From: Tubiluchus corallicola
Lineage: Eukaryota; Animalia; Priapulida
NCBI GenBank assembly: GCA_030141605.1
Contig: JAQGDQ010001321.1
Location: 1 to 47,460 of the forward strand
Length of the DNA stretch: 47,460 nt
Direction: 5' to 3'
Each line of letters starts with the position of its first letter. Positions within the stretch are counted from its first letter, which is position 1. Positions 1 through 12,300 of this stretch are shown here, one piece after another. The notes beneath the pieces were generated by a model. The model searched no databases, was not told the DNA's origin, and saw nothing but the letters and a program-made list of their open reading frames with translations. The translations under genes were made by a program, and so were the position numbers.

Positions 1-20
1 GAGTAAACAAATGGGAGTGA

Positions 21-401
21 TAAACAAATCAAGTCCCTATCAGCATTTAAAACAAAATTAAAATCACTAATATTAACCAGATATGAAATACCATCACACC
101 AATACGACAACATACACACTAATTCAGAATTCATATATCCACGGCCATATTAATTAAATCATAGTTTTTTTCATTTTTTTGTGCATAGTTGCAAATATGT
201 TTGATTTTATTCGTCGTTACTTTCCATTACTGCAAAGTAGTTTAGATTGCACTGACGCATTTGCCTTTAGCAGTGTAAGTTTTTATTAACTAACACTGAT
301 TGATCATCTCTGTAAAGTTTTTATCAGTGATTAGCAATGTATTTTAATGGCAAATAAAGATTATATATATATATATATATATACATTATATATATATATA
401 T
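21..401 (+). mobile_element. 3' end of a CR1/L2-group LINE with (AT)n tail
   Basis: KQIKSLSAFKTKLK C-terminus, 3'UTR, GGCAAATAAA and (AT)n. Close copies in reverse orientation at 24.0 and 31.4 kb. Confidence 0.75.
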
Positions 402-947
402 AAGTTGTCAACGTGATTGTAATTATTATTACAACTTGCACGTGTGAAACACCCACATGGTTTTAAAGTATGATAATTAGTAACAAATTACTCGACATTT
501 GCAGATGTCAGCCAACGTCCAACTCCGCAACACGTTGACGCACAATCTCTTAGTATGATGTAATTTGTTAACCACGATGTAACTAAATCAACTGCTAGCA
601 TAATTCACCAGGATGTAACCGAATCAGCGGCCACCACATTTCAGCGTCATAATCTGCCGCCCGTCAAGCTAATAATCTAAACCTGGTGACAATATTGGCA
701 CGAATAATCTCGAATAAGCGACCATATTGGTATAAATAATCTCGAATAATCGACTATTTTGTCACGATTGGTATTAAATACACATAAAACTGATATGATA
801 AATGGACTAATGTTTGCATAAGCTTATAATAGTGACAAGTTATACTAATAGATGACCTAATAATTCATTATGAAACGTCTAAGACATTGATAAAGCTGTG
901 TGTACGATAAGCTCACATGTACCTATAAGGTATGCCTGTACAGCAGC

Positions 948-1293
<346 letters not shown>

Positions 1294-1699
1294 ACAGCAG
1301 CTAAAGGATTTTTAATTGAGGTACAGTAAACACAGTTACATGATATTCAACAATTATATTCAATAATAAAATCTATCATAATTATGGTACCGGGTGGCAC
1401 TGAAAAAATGTGCCAACGTTCAGATTACAATAATATTAGAAGTTAGTGTCACACATAGCTGAAATATCACAGCATGATATCACTATTAGCTTTTGTCTGT
1501 GGAGCTAAAAATTAAATGCTGGAACAATGTAAGCTGTAATCAGCCAATAAAAAAACAGCCACGTTGAGATATAAATAAAAGACATTGAATAAAAGTACTG
1601 TACATGGCAGCAAAACAATAAAGAAATCATTCAGTTTACATCATGTCTTAACCACAGGAAATAAAGCACTGATAAAGATTTGTTACCAAGGAGAAATGG

Positions 1700-1908
1700 G
1701 GCTTAATCCTCTGAATTACGGTATCTGGTATTCCCTTAAACAGGAAGTGTCCAATGGCCACACAGAGCCATTTAATGCAGAGGAACTAAAGGTAAAAAGT
1801 GTTAAATATTGGGTCCAAATACCCCTTAACGAAGTGAGACTGTATCAGCTATTGGAAGAAATGACTTCGTCAAATGAAAATGATGGACACATACAGCCCT
1901 TGCTGTAA
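1700..1908 (+). pseudogene. Tc1/mariner transposase C-terminal remnant
   Basis: LNPLNYGIWYSLKQEV..AEELK..W..I...ENDGHIQ resembles the (SPD)LNPLDYxIWxxLKxxV...GGHIE end of Tc1/mariner transposases. Confidence 0.65.
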
Positions 1909-1975
1909 ATTTTAACAAAGTAATACAGAATTTTTTATGCTGTTTTTGGGACTTATCTATCTATCACCTGATCAT

Positions 1976-2320
1976 TAGGGGTAAGCATCGAACTTTCGAA
2001 TCGAATTCGATTCGAGCGAGTTTTTTTTTAGTTCGAATTCGATTCGAATCTAAGACTATAGATTCGAATAATTCAGCACTTCAATCACACACGTTCTTTA
2101 TCAGTCAAACGATTGAAACATCATGAAAGTAGTATAATTCAGCTGTGATTTCTGCGCACAAGTTTAAACAAATTATTGGTGGTTTTACTCCAGAACAAAA
2201 TCGAGTAATATGCACGATCTTTTTAAGACAAATTTTTACTGGAATTTCGAGAACTTGTTCGAAAATCTTTCAATCTCAATTCGAATTCGAAATACCGAAG
2301 TTCGGTTCGATTCGATTCGA
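1976..2320. mobile_element. Truncated, inverted copy of the hAT-like MITE at 40390-40787
   Basis: Begins TAGGGGTAAGCATCGAA and is colinear with the reverse complement of 40787 to ~40450. Second TIR missing. Confidence 0.78.
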
Positions 2321-2630
2321 TGTCCGCAGTGATGCGGACATATAACCGCATCACTGTGATTATCATACAGGTAAAATATTTGTTTACCACATGTGTACAA
2401 ATGTTTAGTAAATAGTTTTTTCGCTTCATAGAGTTCATAACTAAATTTGTATATCTGTGTATATACCTTGTGCAGCTATGTTGAGTCAAATTGTTAGTAT
2501 GATCTGGAAATCATTACCCGAGCTCTGCCCGCTGATTAAACCATCGGGTATGCGTCGAGTTTGTAATTTTCCTGTTGGAAATTAGATATTTTAGATAGAT
2601 AGATATTTTATTTCTGAAAATCAAATCTAC

Positions 2631-2672
<42 letters not shown>

Positions 2673-3091
2673 GTCTAGGCCTATAGTGTTACAGCAAGAA
2701 ACTAAACTCCTAAACCCAGTCCCAGGGCCATACATTCGCTTCAAAAATCAAGAATAATTCTGCTCCCATGTGGGAGGCGCATAATAGAATGACAATGAAA
2801 ACTCCCCCCCCCCAAGTTCGAGACATTGAAAACTGAGAGTCCCCCCCTCGCTGAACGATTTCTGTTATTAACAGACTACAAACGTCTGTACGATTACACG
2901 TCCTTAAGCAGTTTTTCACTGTAATTTAAGACGTTAAAGTGTTAAATAGGATTAAAATTTAAGTCTAAAATTCTGTAGGTCGCATCTACTATAGTCCAAG
3001 CTTGAAATTATGAAAAAAAACGTTAAACTCTCCGAAAATGACTGGTCCACATGGAAGAGGCAACGTCTGTGAAAATTTCGTAATGTTTTAA

Positions 3092-3407
3092 CCCTTTCAG
3101 TCCCAAATTATTTTTTTAATAAGAAAAAAATTTTTGGCTTGGCACTTTTTTTAAAGTATTTAAGACATTTGGTATGCAAGCTATGCTGATCTGTACAAAG
3201 TCGTCTCTAAAGTACTGTACTTTGCGCAGTTTTTTATGCTATATAGATTTTCTAGTTTGCCATTTTATCACCATTTTTAGTCTATTGTTATTGGCTTAAA
3301 TCAAAATAACTATTAACAGATCAAATAAATGTCAGTTTTAAAATTTTATTCACTTTAAAAGCAGAAAATATTCTCGTATCCCACGGGATACAAAGGGTAT
3401 GAAAGGG
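3092..3407 (-). mobile_element. piggyBac-type MITE (internally deleted copy)
   Basis: TTAA-CCCTTTCAG...ATGAAAGGG-TTAA; same family as five other copies. Confidence 0.85.
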
Positions 3408-4224
3408 TTAAAATTTTATCATTATTTCCCTACGTTTCACTTGTAGATGTCTACGTAAATGTGCTTATGTCATTTACGAGGGTTAATTGTCCTAAAAATA
3501 ATCACTTCTACGTCAGAAGCAATTACCTATTTTCCTGCATTTAATTTCTCAAAAATTTAATTCGACTGTTTTTTCAAAATGTATATAAGTCTAATAATTT
3601 CAATATGTCTTCCCAAGTCCTTCCATGTAAAGACGCGAACAACAAAATTCGTGTGTTAAACTAAGAGATGATTACAATAAGTTAAACTGCTTTAAAAGTT
3701 AAAACATAATCTTTGCATAATTATATAATCAAAAAGCAATAATAATGCAATTGTTTGTTAACCGATTAGAAAGATGGATAGACGCGAATTTCGTTAGAAA
3801 AATACTATTATTAAGTTAAAATAACATAAAAAAACAACACTTAGTCTTCTGCTTTCCTCATGATGTGTTGAAACGAATAGTTATTTTCAATTTTTATTAC
3901 ATGAAAAGAGCCCAATTATTGATGACATTGACATCACAAACCAACATAACAAAAACATTTAACTTTTCCAATTTCCTCGTGGTCTTATGTATGTTTAACG
4001 TAATAATAGTATTTTTCTAACGTATTTTCTAATTAATGACGTCAGATTTTTATTACTTCAAACATGTCAGAACAAAAATGACCTATCGTAAGAATGTTTC
4101 TCCACTCTATTAATTAGAAAATATGTTAGAAAAATGCTATTATTACGTTACACATAAAGAATATTACTAAGTTATAATAGGAATAATTAAAGAGACGAAT
4201 TAAACAAAATGATTTGATTAATAG

Positions 4225-4409
4225 TTTAGACTTGAATATTGATAAAGAGCTATCGTACTTATAGCATATATAGCATCGTACTTAAAATGAATAGTACTTA
4301 AAAATTTGCTTGGTAAGCGTTTTAAATTTCCTTTAAGTACTATTCATTTTAAGTACGATGCTATATATGCTATAAGTACGATAGTTCTTTATCAATATTC
4401 AAGTCTAAA
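4225..4409. repeat. 78-bp inverted repeat with 29-bp spacer (one mismatch)
   Basis: 4225-4302 is the reverse complement of 4332-4409. Confidence 0.9.
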
Positions 4410-4920
4410 TTAAAAAAAACATTTAATGACTCGTTTTGAATATCCGACATACGAACACGATGATACTCACTCAAATCATAATTTCATTTTTCCTAAACCT
4501 TACTAAACTAGTTTATATTTTACTTGTTGAATTTCTAGTTGCACTTATAGTTTACCTTGCACCAGACGCATTTGCCCAGAACAGTGTATGTTTTTTATAT
4601 GAACTAACATTGATTGTCTGTCTTTTAATATGATGGTCAATGTAAAATGGCAAATAAAGATTTTACTACTACTACTATGCGTTTAATTCGGCAAACGAAA
4701 ATATTTAGAGCTTCCATTAGACTTCAATATTGCATAAATTTATAAACAACGTAACGCTCTATTAAGATTAGGCAACAGCTGTTTATAACACAAGACATTT
4801 TTGATATGCTGTTATGTATACGCTATTGCAGTTCCTTAACAATTCTATACGAAAACGACTCTAGACAAGAGAATTAGAGGAAGCAAAAACAAAAGCAATA
4901 ATAGATCTTTGCTTTCATAC

Positions 4921-5299
4921 CTTTAACAAACGCCGGATGTCTGTCTAATAACGGGAATTCTCCAGGTCTAGGATAAGGTCCTAACGTGTAAGGCACAGCG
5001 CCAGAATGATAGAAGGCTGGATGATACTGCACCGGTCCATGTGGACTCGATTGTTCTAAATAATGCGACTTGAACGACAACGCCTGTGTCGCTGTCGTCG
5101 GCGACAGTCCAGGCAGTCCGTGAGGCGACACCGGGTTAATAGGCGTTGGTCGGGCGGGACCGCTGTGGCCACTGTGACCGTTCGCCTGCTGATTTCCTAA
5201 AATGTCATCTATGAGAAACGATGTCCGATGTCCGTGATGACCACCCGCGTGCCAAAGTGCGGACATTGTCCCGCAAGGAGGTTGACCGGGGAACTGCAT
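4921..5299 (-). CDS. Hhex: First coding exon of an Hhex/Prh-like NK-class homeobox transcription factor (homeodomain exons not seen in window)
   Basis: MQFPGQPP start resembles vertebrate Hhex MQ(F/Y)PHPGP. Also has eh1 motif TSFLIDDILG, PTPINP, HPAFYH and GPYPRP..LLDRH, matching the Hhex exon-1 layout. Ends at a phase-1 donor AAAG|GTATG (GT at 4920-4919). GC-rich against AT-rich flanks. An alternative in-frame ATG lies at 5338. Confidence 0.8.
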
Positions 5300-5559
5300 G
5301 ATTCTCTCTGCGTCGCTCAACAACGTTGACGTTTGCATCGGATTGTCAAAAAGTGAAAAACTTGAAAAACGAAACACCACGAACAATAATCTTCACCTCA
5401 TAACAAACACATAATATGCATCACGGGATTTCTTTAACAATGAACACGCGCGCGCGCAGAACAATTCAACAAGTTTTGTTCCTCGCAGATAAACTTATTC
5501 CACGACGCTTTTGGAGCTGCTATTTAACACTCGATGAAACCCAACATGTAGTTAGCGTA

Positions 5560-5800
5560 CAAACATGTGTGTGCTAACATCTTTCACTCGAGAAGAGAGC
5601 AAGCGGTTCCGGCCTGATCGCTGGGGCGGAGTTTACACATCCGCTGTGACGGTAATCCCTCTCAGAGCTAATCAGTGCCGCCTCCTCTTTTACTCGATTC
5701 GGTAGGTGCTTGGTGAGCGCAGCTCAGAAGGCGGGGCGGAGGTGTTAATTAATAATCGAGAGTTACTCAAGAGATAAAGGCTGTGTTAATGCGGGTTTAG
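5560..5800 (-). promoter_or_regulatory. Putative proximal promoter of the Hhex-like gene
   Basis: GC-rich patch 260-500 bp upstream of the ATG with two GC boxes GGGGCGGA (5623-5630, 5733-5740), a GATA site AGATAA (~5772) and TTAATTAA. Function inferred from position only. Confidence 0.45.
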
Positions 5801-6734
5801 AAGGAAAAGCTGGTAGCATATTGCAAAAGGAGATTTTCATAATTATTATTTTCCATAATGCACGTTGCAAATAAACCTTAAAGCAAAACCGGACCCAGTC
5901 TTAAACTGTAGGTCAATACAATCTATTTTTAAAAATTTTGAAGGGAAACAAACTATTTTTTCAAAATTGACGTACGTGAAAGAATTATTACCACACAAGT
6001 GCCGGCTACAATGGAATATAAAAATAATTAAGAAGAATTTTAAACTGCTATTGAGAAAATAAATTGAGTTGAATTGAATTGGTGCGGTGGTGCAGTGAAA
6101 AGGGTGTAGCTGCACCTTCAGTTACACTTTTGTTGTCTGGGGTGCGACAAGACTGACTGTAATTTTGCCTCGTTTGATTACCAAAACTATAACTAAGACA
6201 CAGAGATAGTGTTTCTTATGACATATTATTATTATTGACTGTCACCAAAGAGTTGTGTTTAGGTCTATTGTAATATTTTTCTGAAATAAACGAAACGCAT
6301 GTACTGATATAGGATATGCAAATTTTATCAATTAATGCAGGGTACAACATAATTACTCCTGTATCACTTATCAGCAAACGCATTCTTATGTTAGTTTCGT
6401 TCCAGTTCTTGTGATGAATTTTAAGTTCATTAAAGCAAAACCGGACCCAATCTTAAACTGTAGGTCAAAACAATCTACTCTTTAAAATATTGAAAGGAAA
6501 TATATTATTTTTTCAAAAATGACTTACTTAAATGAATTATCACCACACAAACACAATTTCACGTTCGCGCCACTAGTTCTTTGCTGTTATTTGCATTTCG
6601 CCATTTTGCCGGTTAGACGGGCACCAGCGCCTACATTTCGGAAACCGTTGCAAAAAAACAGGTACTGCACCTTTTAGTTCAGATGTGTTCGTTTCAATTT
6701 ACGCTTTCACAAACACGTACAACGCGCTCGTGGA

Positions 6735-7207
6735 ATATTTTTGCTGTTGAAAGTTATGTTAATTTGTGATGTCAATGTCATCAATAATTGGGCTCTTTTC
6801 TAGTGATAAAAATTGAAAATAACTATTCCGATTTAAACACAATAGAATATTGCCTATAAGAAATCAAAAAGAGACAATTCGTTTCAAAACATCACGAGGA
6901 AGGCACAAAACTCTTTTTTATGTTATTTTATATCGTGAGCATGTGCATGTGATGATGTGTTTAAACGAATGGATTTTTACAGCGGAATGTTCGGATATTT
7001 CAATTCGTTTTCAATACATTTCAGCTCACCATTACACATGCACAGGCTAATGCGATAAAATAACATAAAAAACAACAGTTAGTTTTCTGCATTCCTCATT
7101 GATGTGTTGAAACGAATAGTTATTTTTAATTTTTATTACATCAAAAGAGCCCAATTATTGATGACATTGACATCACAAACTAACATAATTTTCAACAGCA
7201 AAAATAT
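6735..7207. repeat. Diverged long inverted repeat; its right arm is also copied at ~3817-4115
   Basis: tttgtgatgtcaatgtcatcaataattgggctctttt (~6763) versus aaaagagcccaattattgatgacattgacatcacaaa (~7143 and ~3904). Confidence 0.75.
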
Positions 7208-7402
7208 GTTGCTGCAATAACCTAACAAAAAACATTTAACTTTTTCATTTTCCTCGTGGTCTTAGCTACAGAAAGCGAAGTGTCTCTTTCATTTTCATTA
7301 AGGAATTTTCAATTTAGAATAAATCGGAATGACCTCAGATTTTTATTATTTCAAACAAGTCAGAACAAAAATTGCCTAACGTATGTTTCTCCACTCTATT
7401 AA

Positions 7403-7855
7403 CCCTTTCATACCCGTTGTATCCCGTAGGATACGAGAATATTTTCTGCCTTTAAAATTAATAAAATTTTAAAACTGATAGTTATTTGATCTGTTAATAG
7501 TTATTTTGATTTAAGCCAATAACAATAGACTAAAAATGGTGATAAAATGGCAAACTAGAAAATCTACATAGCATAAAAAACTGCGCAAGGTACAGTACTT
7601 TAGAGACGACTTTGTACAGATCAGCATAGCATGCAAACTAAATGTCTTAAATACTTTAAAAAATTATCAGCAGTTGGAAAATGAAGCACAATTTATGCTT
7701 CCATTGAATCCCAATGTATCCTGTGGGATACAGGCTATACTTAGCAAGCGGGCACAGGTAGAAAAAAATAATTATTAAGTGTAAACAAGATGGACATACT
7801 GAACAAAAGTACCAAATAAAAAAAATCATTAAAAAATAATTTGGGACTGAAAGGG
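7403..7855 (+). mobile_element. piggyBac-type MITE (~453 bp)
   Basis: TTAA-CCCTTTCA...TGAAAGGG-TTAA. A paralogous empty site CTCCACTCTATTAATT lies at ~4100-4115. Confidence 0.9.
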
Positions 7856-7975
7856 TTAATTAATAATATAATAGTTATAGTTAAAACAGCACAACTTTAT
7901 TAAAACTTTTAAATTACATTCTTTTATATTACAAATCTGTCTGCTTAATGTCTACAATAGACAATGGATTTAAGG

Positions 7976-8350
7976 CGATGGTGATGATGACGACGACGAT
8001 GATGACCATGATGATGTTGATGATGATGATGATGAAGATGATGATGGTGATGATGACGATGACGATGATGATGATGACGATGACGATGATGACCATGATG
8101 ATGATGATGATGAAGATGATGGGTGATCATAACGATGACGATGATGACCATGATGATGAGTTTGACGACGACGATGATGATGATGATGAAGATGATGGGT
8201 GATGATAACGATGACGATGATGATGATGAGTTTGACGACGATGATGACGACGATTATAATGATGATAGCGATGATGATTATTATTATTATGATGACGACA
8301 ACGATGGTGATGATGGTGATGATGGCGATGATAATAATGATGATGATTTA
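7976..8350. repeat. (GAT/GAC)n microsatellite
   Basis: Read directly from the sequence. Confidence 0.95.
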
Positions 8351-8635
8351 TTATGACTAGCATTAACAGCAGTTGGCACAATTAGTACAAATCTTCTCCA
8401 CGTTTGCCTATTGCCAGAGTAGATCAAACAGCCATGTTACCTAATAAATGACGAAAACTCTTATTGGTTTTCGTCGGGCAGGCAAATTATTTGAAAAATT
8501 GGCAATTATTTAAAAATTTAAATAATATTTTTAGTCATAAATTCTCCATTAGTTTTAGTGGTTTTTTATTCAACGAAAACTAATACGTGCTGGTTTAAAA
8601 ATATCAAGCAACTGAAATTTTTTGAAATCCTTTAA

Positions 8636-8990
8636 CCCTTTCATACCCGTTGTATTCCGTGGGATACGAGAATATTTTCTGTCTTTAAAATTAATAAAAT
8701 TTAAAAACTGATAGTTATTTGATCTGTTAATAGTTATTTTGATTTAAGCCAATAGCAATGGACTAAAAATGGTGATAAAATGGCAAACTAGAAAATCTAC
8801 GTAGCATAAAAAACTGCGCAAGGTACAGTACTTTAGAGACGACTTTGTACAGATCAGCATAGCATGCATACTAAATGTCTTAAATACTTTAAAAAATTAT
8901 CAGCAGTTGCAAAATGAAGCACATTTTTTGCTTTTGTTGTGTTTTTAAAAACGTTTTTCTTATTAAAAAAATAATTTGGGACTGAAAGGG
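8636..8990 (+). mobile_element. piggyBac-type MITE (internally deleted copy)
   Basis: TTAA TSD and CCCTTTCA/TGAAAGGG TIRs. Confidence 0.88.
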
Positions 8991-9586
8991 TTAAACAATA
9001 ATCGTGCTTTCGAAATGTCCATCTTTTCGGGTCTTGAACATAACACGTGATCGGTATATTCATCTCACGTGGCACAGGCTACAGGTGTTACGTGCCCCAA
9101 ATCGGCATAAAGCACATTAGTTTATTGACACGCATTATTTAAAGCTGTTGATATGAAAGCACTTTTGATTTATTTCCAAATTGCTAAATTACACGGTGCA
9201 AATTTACAACAGTTCTCAGCCAGGGTTAATTACGTAGTCAGGAGAGTGATTGTCAAGTATTACGAGTGATCAAGTATCATTATTGTTACGTAATTAGTGT
9301 TGGTTGTAATTTTTGTTCTCATTAGCGAACGTAGATTAAACAATTAGAGGCTATAAATTATGCTATTTTACCCCCGTATTGTAGTTAATTAGGAAAAACT
9401 GGTTTATATTGAGGGTTTTAATATAAAAGGGGGAGAAAATGATTTAAACACTCCGTTAACGTTGTAAACAAACAATTTGATGTTTTTTGACAAACAAAAC
9501 GGCAATTATTAAACTCTGGCAATTTTCAGCTTTTTCAGACGAAGGAATTGGCTAATACAGGAAACTATGCATAAGCGTACGTAGAA

Positions 9587-9734
<148 letters not shown>

Positions 9735-10532
9735 AGAAGTAGGATAAAAGACTGTTGAAAGTTGCAAGGATCGGTGGTGAAAGAAAATTTTCGAATAATT
9801 TGAATAATTCGATTAACAGTTTCTGTAACTTTTGCAAAAATTAAAATTTAATTTGATTAAATCTGTAATAACTATACGGGCTTGAGTGCATGTTATTCTT
9901 AGTGACCAGTTTGACACATTTATTTCTTTTGTCAATTTTCAAAAAGTGACTTTTATTACCAATTTGTAAGCAACTATACATGCACCAAACTCACCTCTCC
10001 TAGACGTTAATGAATCTGCAAACAAGACTAGTTTTCTTTTGAAATAACCAACCCGGGGGAAACTTAACGTTTTTTCTTCCCCTGCGAATGGTGGTCACGT
10101 GCGACAACACGGAGGCACCTCTCTTGTAAAATATTTGCAGACAAATTTGCTCTCTTCTGTGACGGCTTGCAAAGAACAGGGGTAACATTGTCACCCTCCG
10201 CGTGGAGAAGCAGCGCCTCTCACAATCGGTTCTTCTCCGTAAATGGTGGAATAACAGAAGTGGGTAAATAGGCGCAGGTTTAACAGGCAGAAAATAGAGA
10301 GGTCTTATTGCATGAGAATAGACGTCGTATGCGTTGAAATTGACTTGTTATTGCCGCATATAGAGCCGTTTGTTACAGTTTGTACCTCTTGTGGACAGAC
10401 GGGGGTTTGTCTGTCTGCGCACAAGTTTTTGAAAAACCGAAATGCGATGGTGGCATTTTTACACTCAGAACAAGTTTTACTTGTGCCTTATTTTTATTGT
10501 TCTATGGACTGTAAATGTTTGAAATAAAATAA

Positions 10533-10721
10533 ATAATAATAATATTAATAATAATGATAATAATGATGATGATGATGATGATGATGATAATTATGATGAC
10601 GATGATGATGATGATGATGGTGGCGATGCTGATGGTGATGCTGCTGCTGCTGCTGATGATGATGATGGTGATGATGATGATGATAATAATAATAATAATA
10701 ATAACAATAATAATAATAATG

Positions 10722-10761
<40 letters not shown>

Positions 10762-10865
10762 TTATAATGATAATAATAATAATAATGATGATAATAATAA
10801 TAATAATAATTTTAATAATAATAATAACAACAACAACAACTACGACAACGACAACACCAACAATG

Positions 10866-10911
<46 letters not shown>

Positions 10912-10967
10912 CGACGACGACGACGACAATGACAACAACAACAACAACAACAACAACAAGAACGACG

Positions 10968-11021
<54 letters not shown>

Positions 11022-11045
11022 GCAATAATAATAATAACGATAATA
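10533..11045. repeat. Compound (GAT)(AAT)(AAC) microsatellite
   Basis: Read directly from the sequence. Confidence 0.95.
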
Positions 11046-11804
11046 AATTTTAATTATTTACAAATCTGTGGTAAATTAAAATTTTGACAAATTGATCTTG
11101 TCATATAGCTTTCTTGGGCAAAGCTTAGAATAGCTAATATGAAAATTTAGATCCCTGGATGTACAGAACCCTCATTACACCGAGATATCTTCTTATATTT
11201 GACCGTAGACCCACTGATATCATTGCAACCAGCATTGCGTGTTAAACATGCAGGTACCAATTCTTGTACAGCAATCAGGAGGATTAAATTGTCTTTTTGT
11301 GTTAGCAAAATCCGCATTTTCCCAGATAAAAATTTGCACAAATACAAAAGCTGGCGAGTATTTCGTACTAGCAGATATGGCAGCAGTGATCATGCAGTCT
11401 TTCACTGCAAGAGAATATACTCATGCTAAACTTGACAAATATAAAGAGAAAGAGGAAACAGTCCTTGTGTGTCTGTTGTCATTATGGACGAGTTAATACT
11501 TTAAGCTTAACCCGGGGGTGATGCAGGTGAATGGGATAAGGTACAGAACCCGGGGGTGGACACAGGTGAATGGGATAAGGTACAGAAAAATTAGCATGTA
11601 GGCAAACTTATTAAATTTTGCATGAACAGTGGGCGGGCTGTAAACTTAAGTCTCAAATCAGTTTTATGCTTGACCATCCACATTTTGTTGTGTAGATAAT
11701 GTTGTCATCAAATAAATGAAGCTTAAGTAATGGGTCATCTGCATTGCAGTGTATTACTAATTTGCTTTTAAGATAAACCACAACTACAATAGAATACAAT
11801 GAAT

Positions 11805-12300
11805 TATTGGCATGCTTCTGTCTCGGAAGACAATGGAATATGCACCAAGAGAGTCCGATCCTTGAACGTCTCCACGGCGCATGCCTGGGCAAGGTGTATG
11901 AAGATCCTGAGTTGCCCAGACCGCAGGAACCCCCTCTCTTCCTCCCTGGTGTAGTCCAAAGGAAAGCGGCGCGATACGTTTTGGCACCAGGTTGGCTGCA
12001 GGAGCTGCTGGAGTCAGTGAGCATGCTGCACTGGTCCGCCTTCGGGGCTCCACTCCTGATTTGGAAGGTTTACTCCTCTACACATGGCCGTTGGGTCACT
12101 TGACCTCCTCCGCCCTCTAGCCGTTGCCTTTATTGTGCAGCTCCTCCGCCTGGTGTCGAGATACAGTGTGGGCATCCCGCAAACCTACAGCACCTGATAT
12201 TGCTAGTAGGTCACCAATCCAAGTACTAACCAGGCTCTACGTTGCTTAACTTCGGTGATCAGACGAGAACCGGCGTTTTCAACGTGATTTGGCCATAATT
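11805..12300 (-). mobile_element. 5S rRNA-derived SINE (SINE3), copy 1
   Basis: 5S-like head at 12300-12182 with a degenerate C box, plus the same body as copy 2. Candidate 12-bp TSD AATACAATGAAT at 11793-11804 and 12312-12323. Confidence 0.85.

Noticed and set aside
845-885. Possible additional hammerhead (…GATGACC…TGAAACGTC), with similar cases at ~23167 and ~23853
   Set aside because: The CTGANGA core or stem II/GAAA is missing; too degenerate to call.
5300-5386. N-terminal extension of the 4874..5386 ORF from a GTG start, and read-through to 4874
   Set aside because: Non-ATG start in a eukaryote. The sequence below 4921 is intronic, after a good splice donor.
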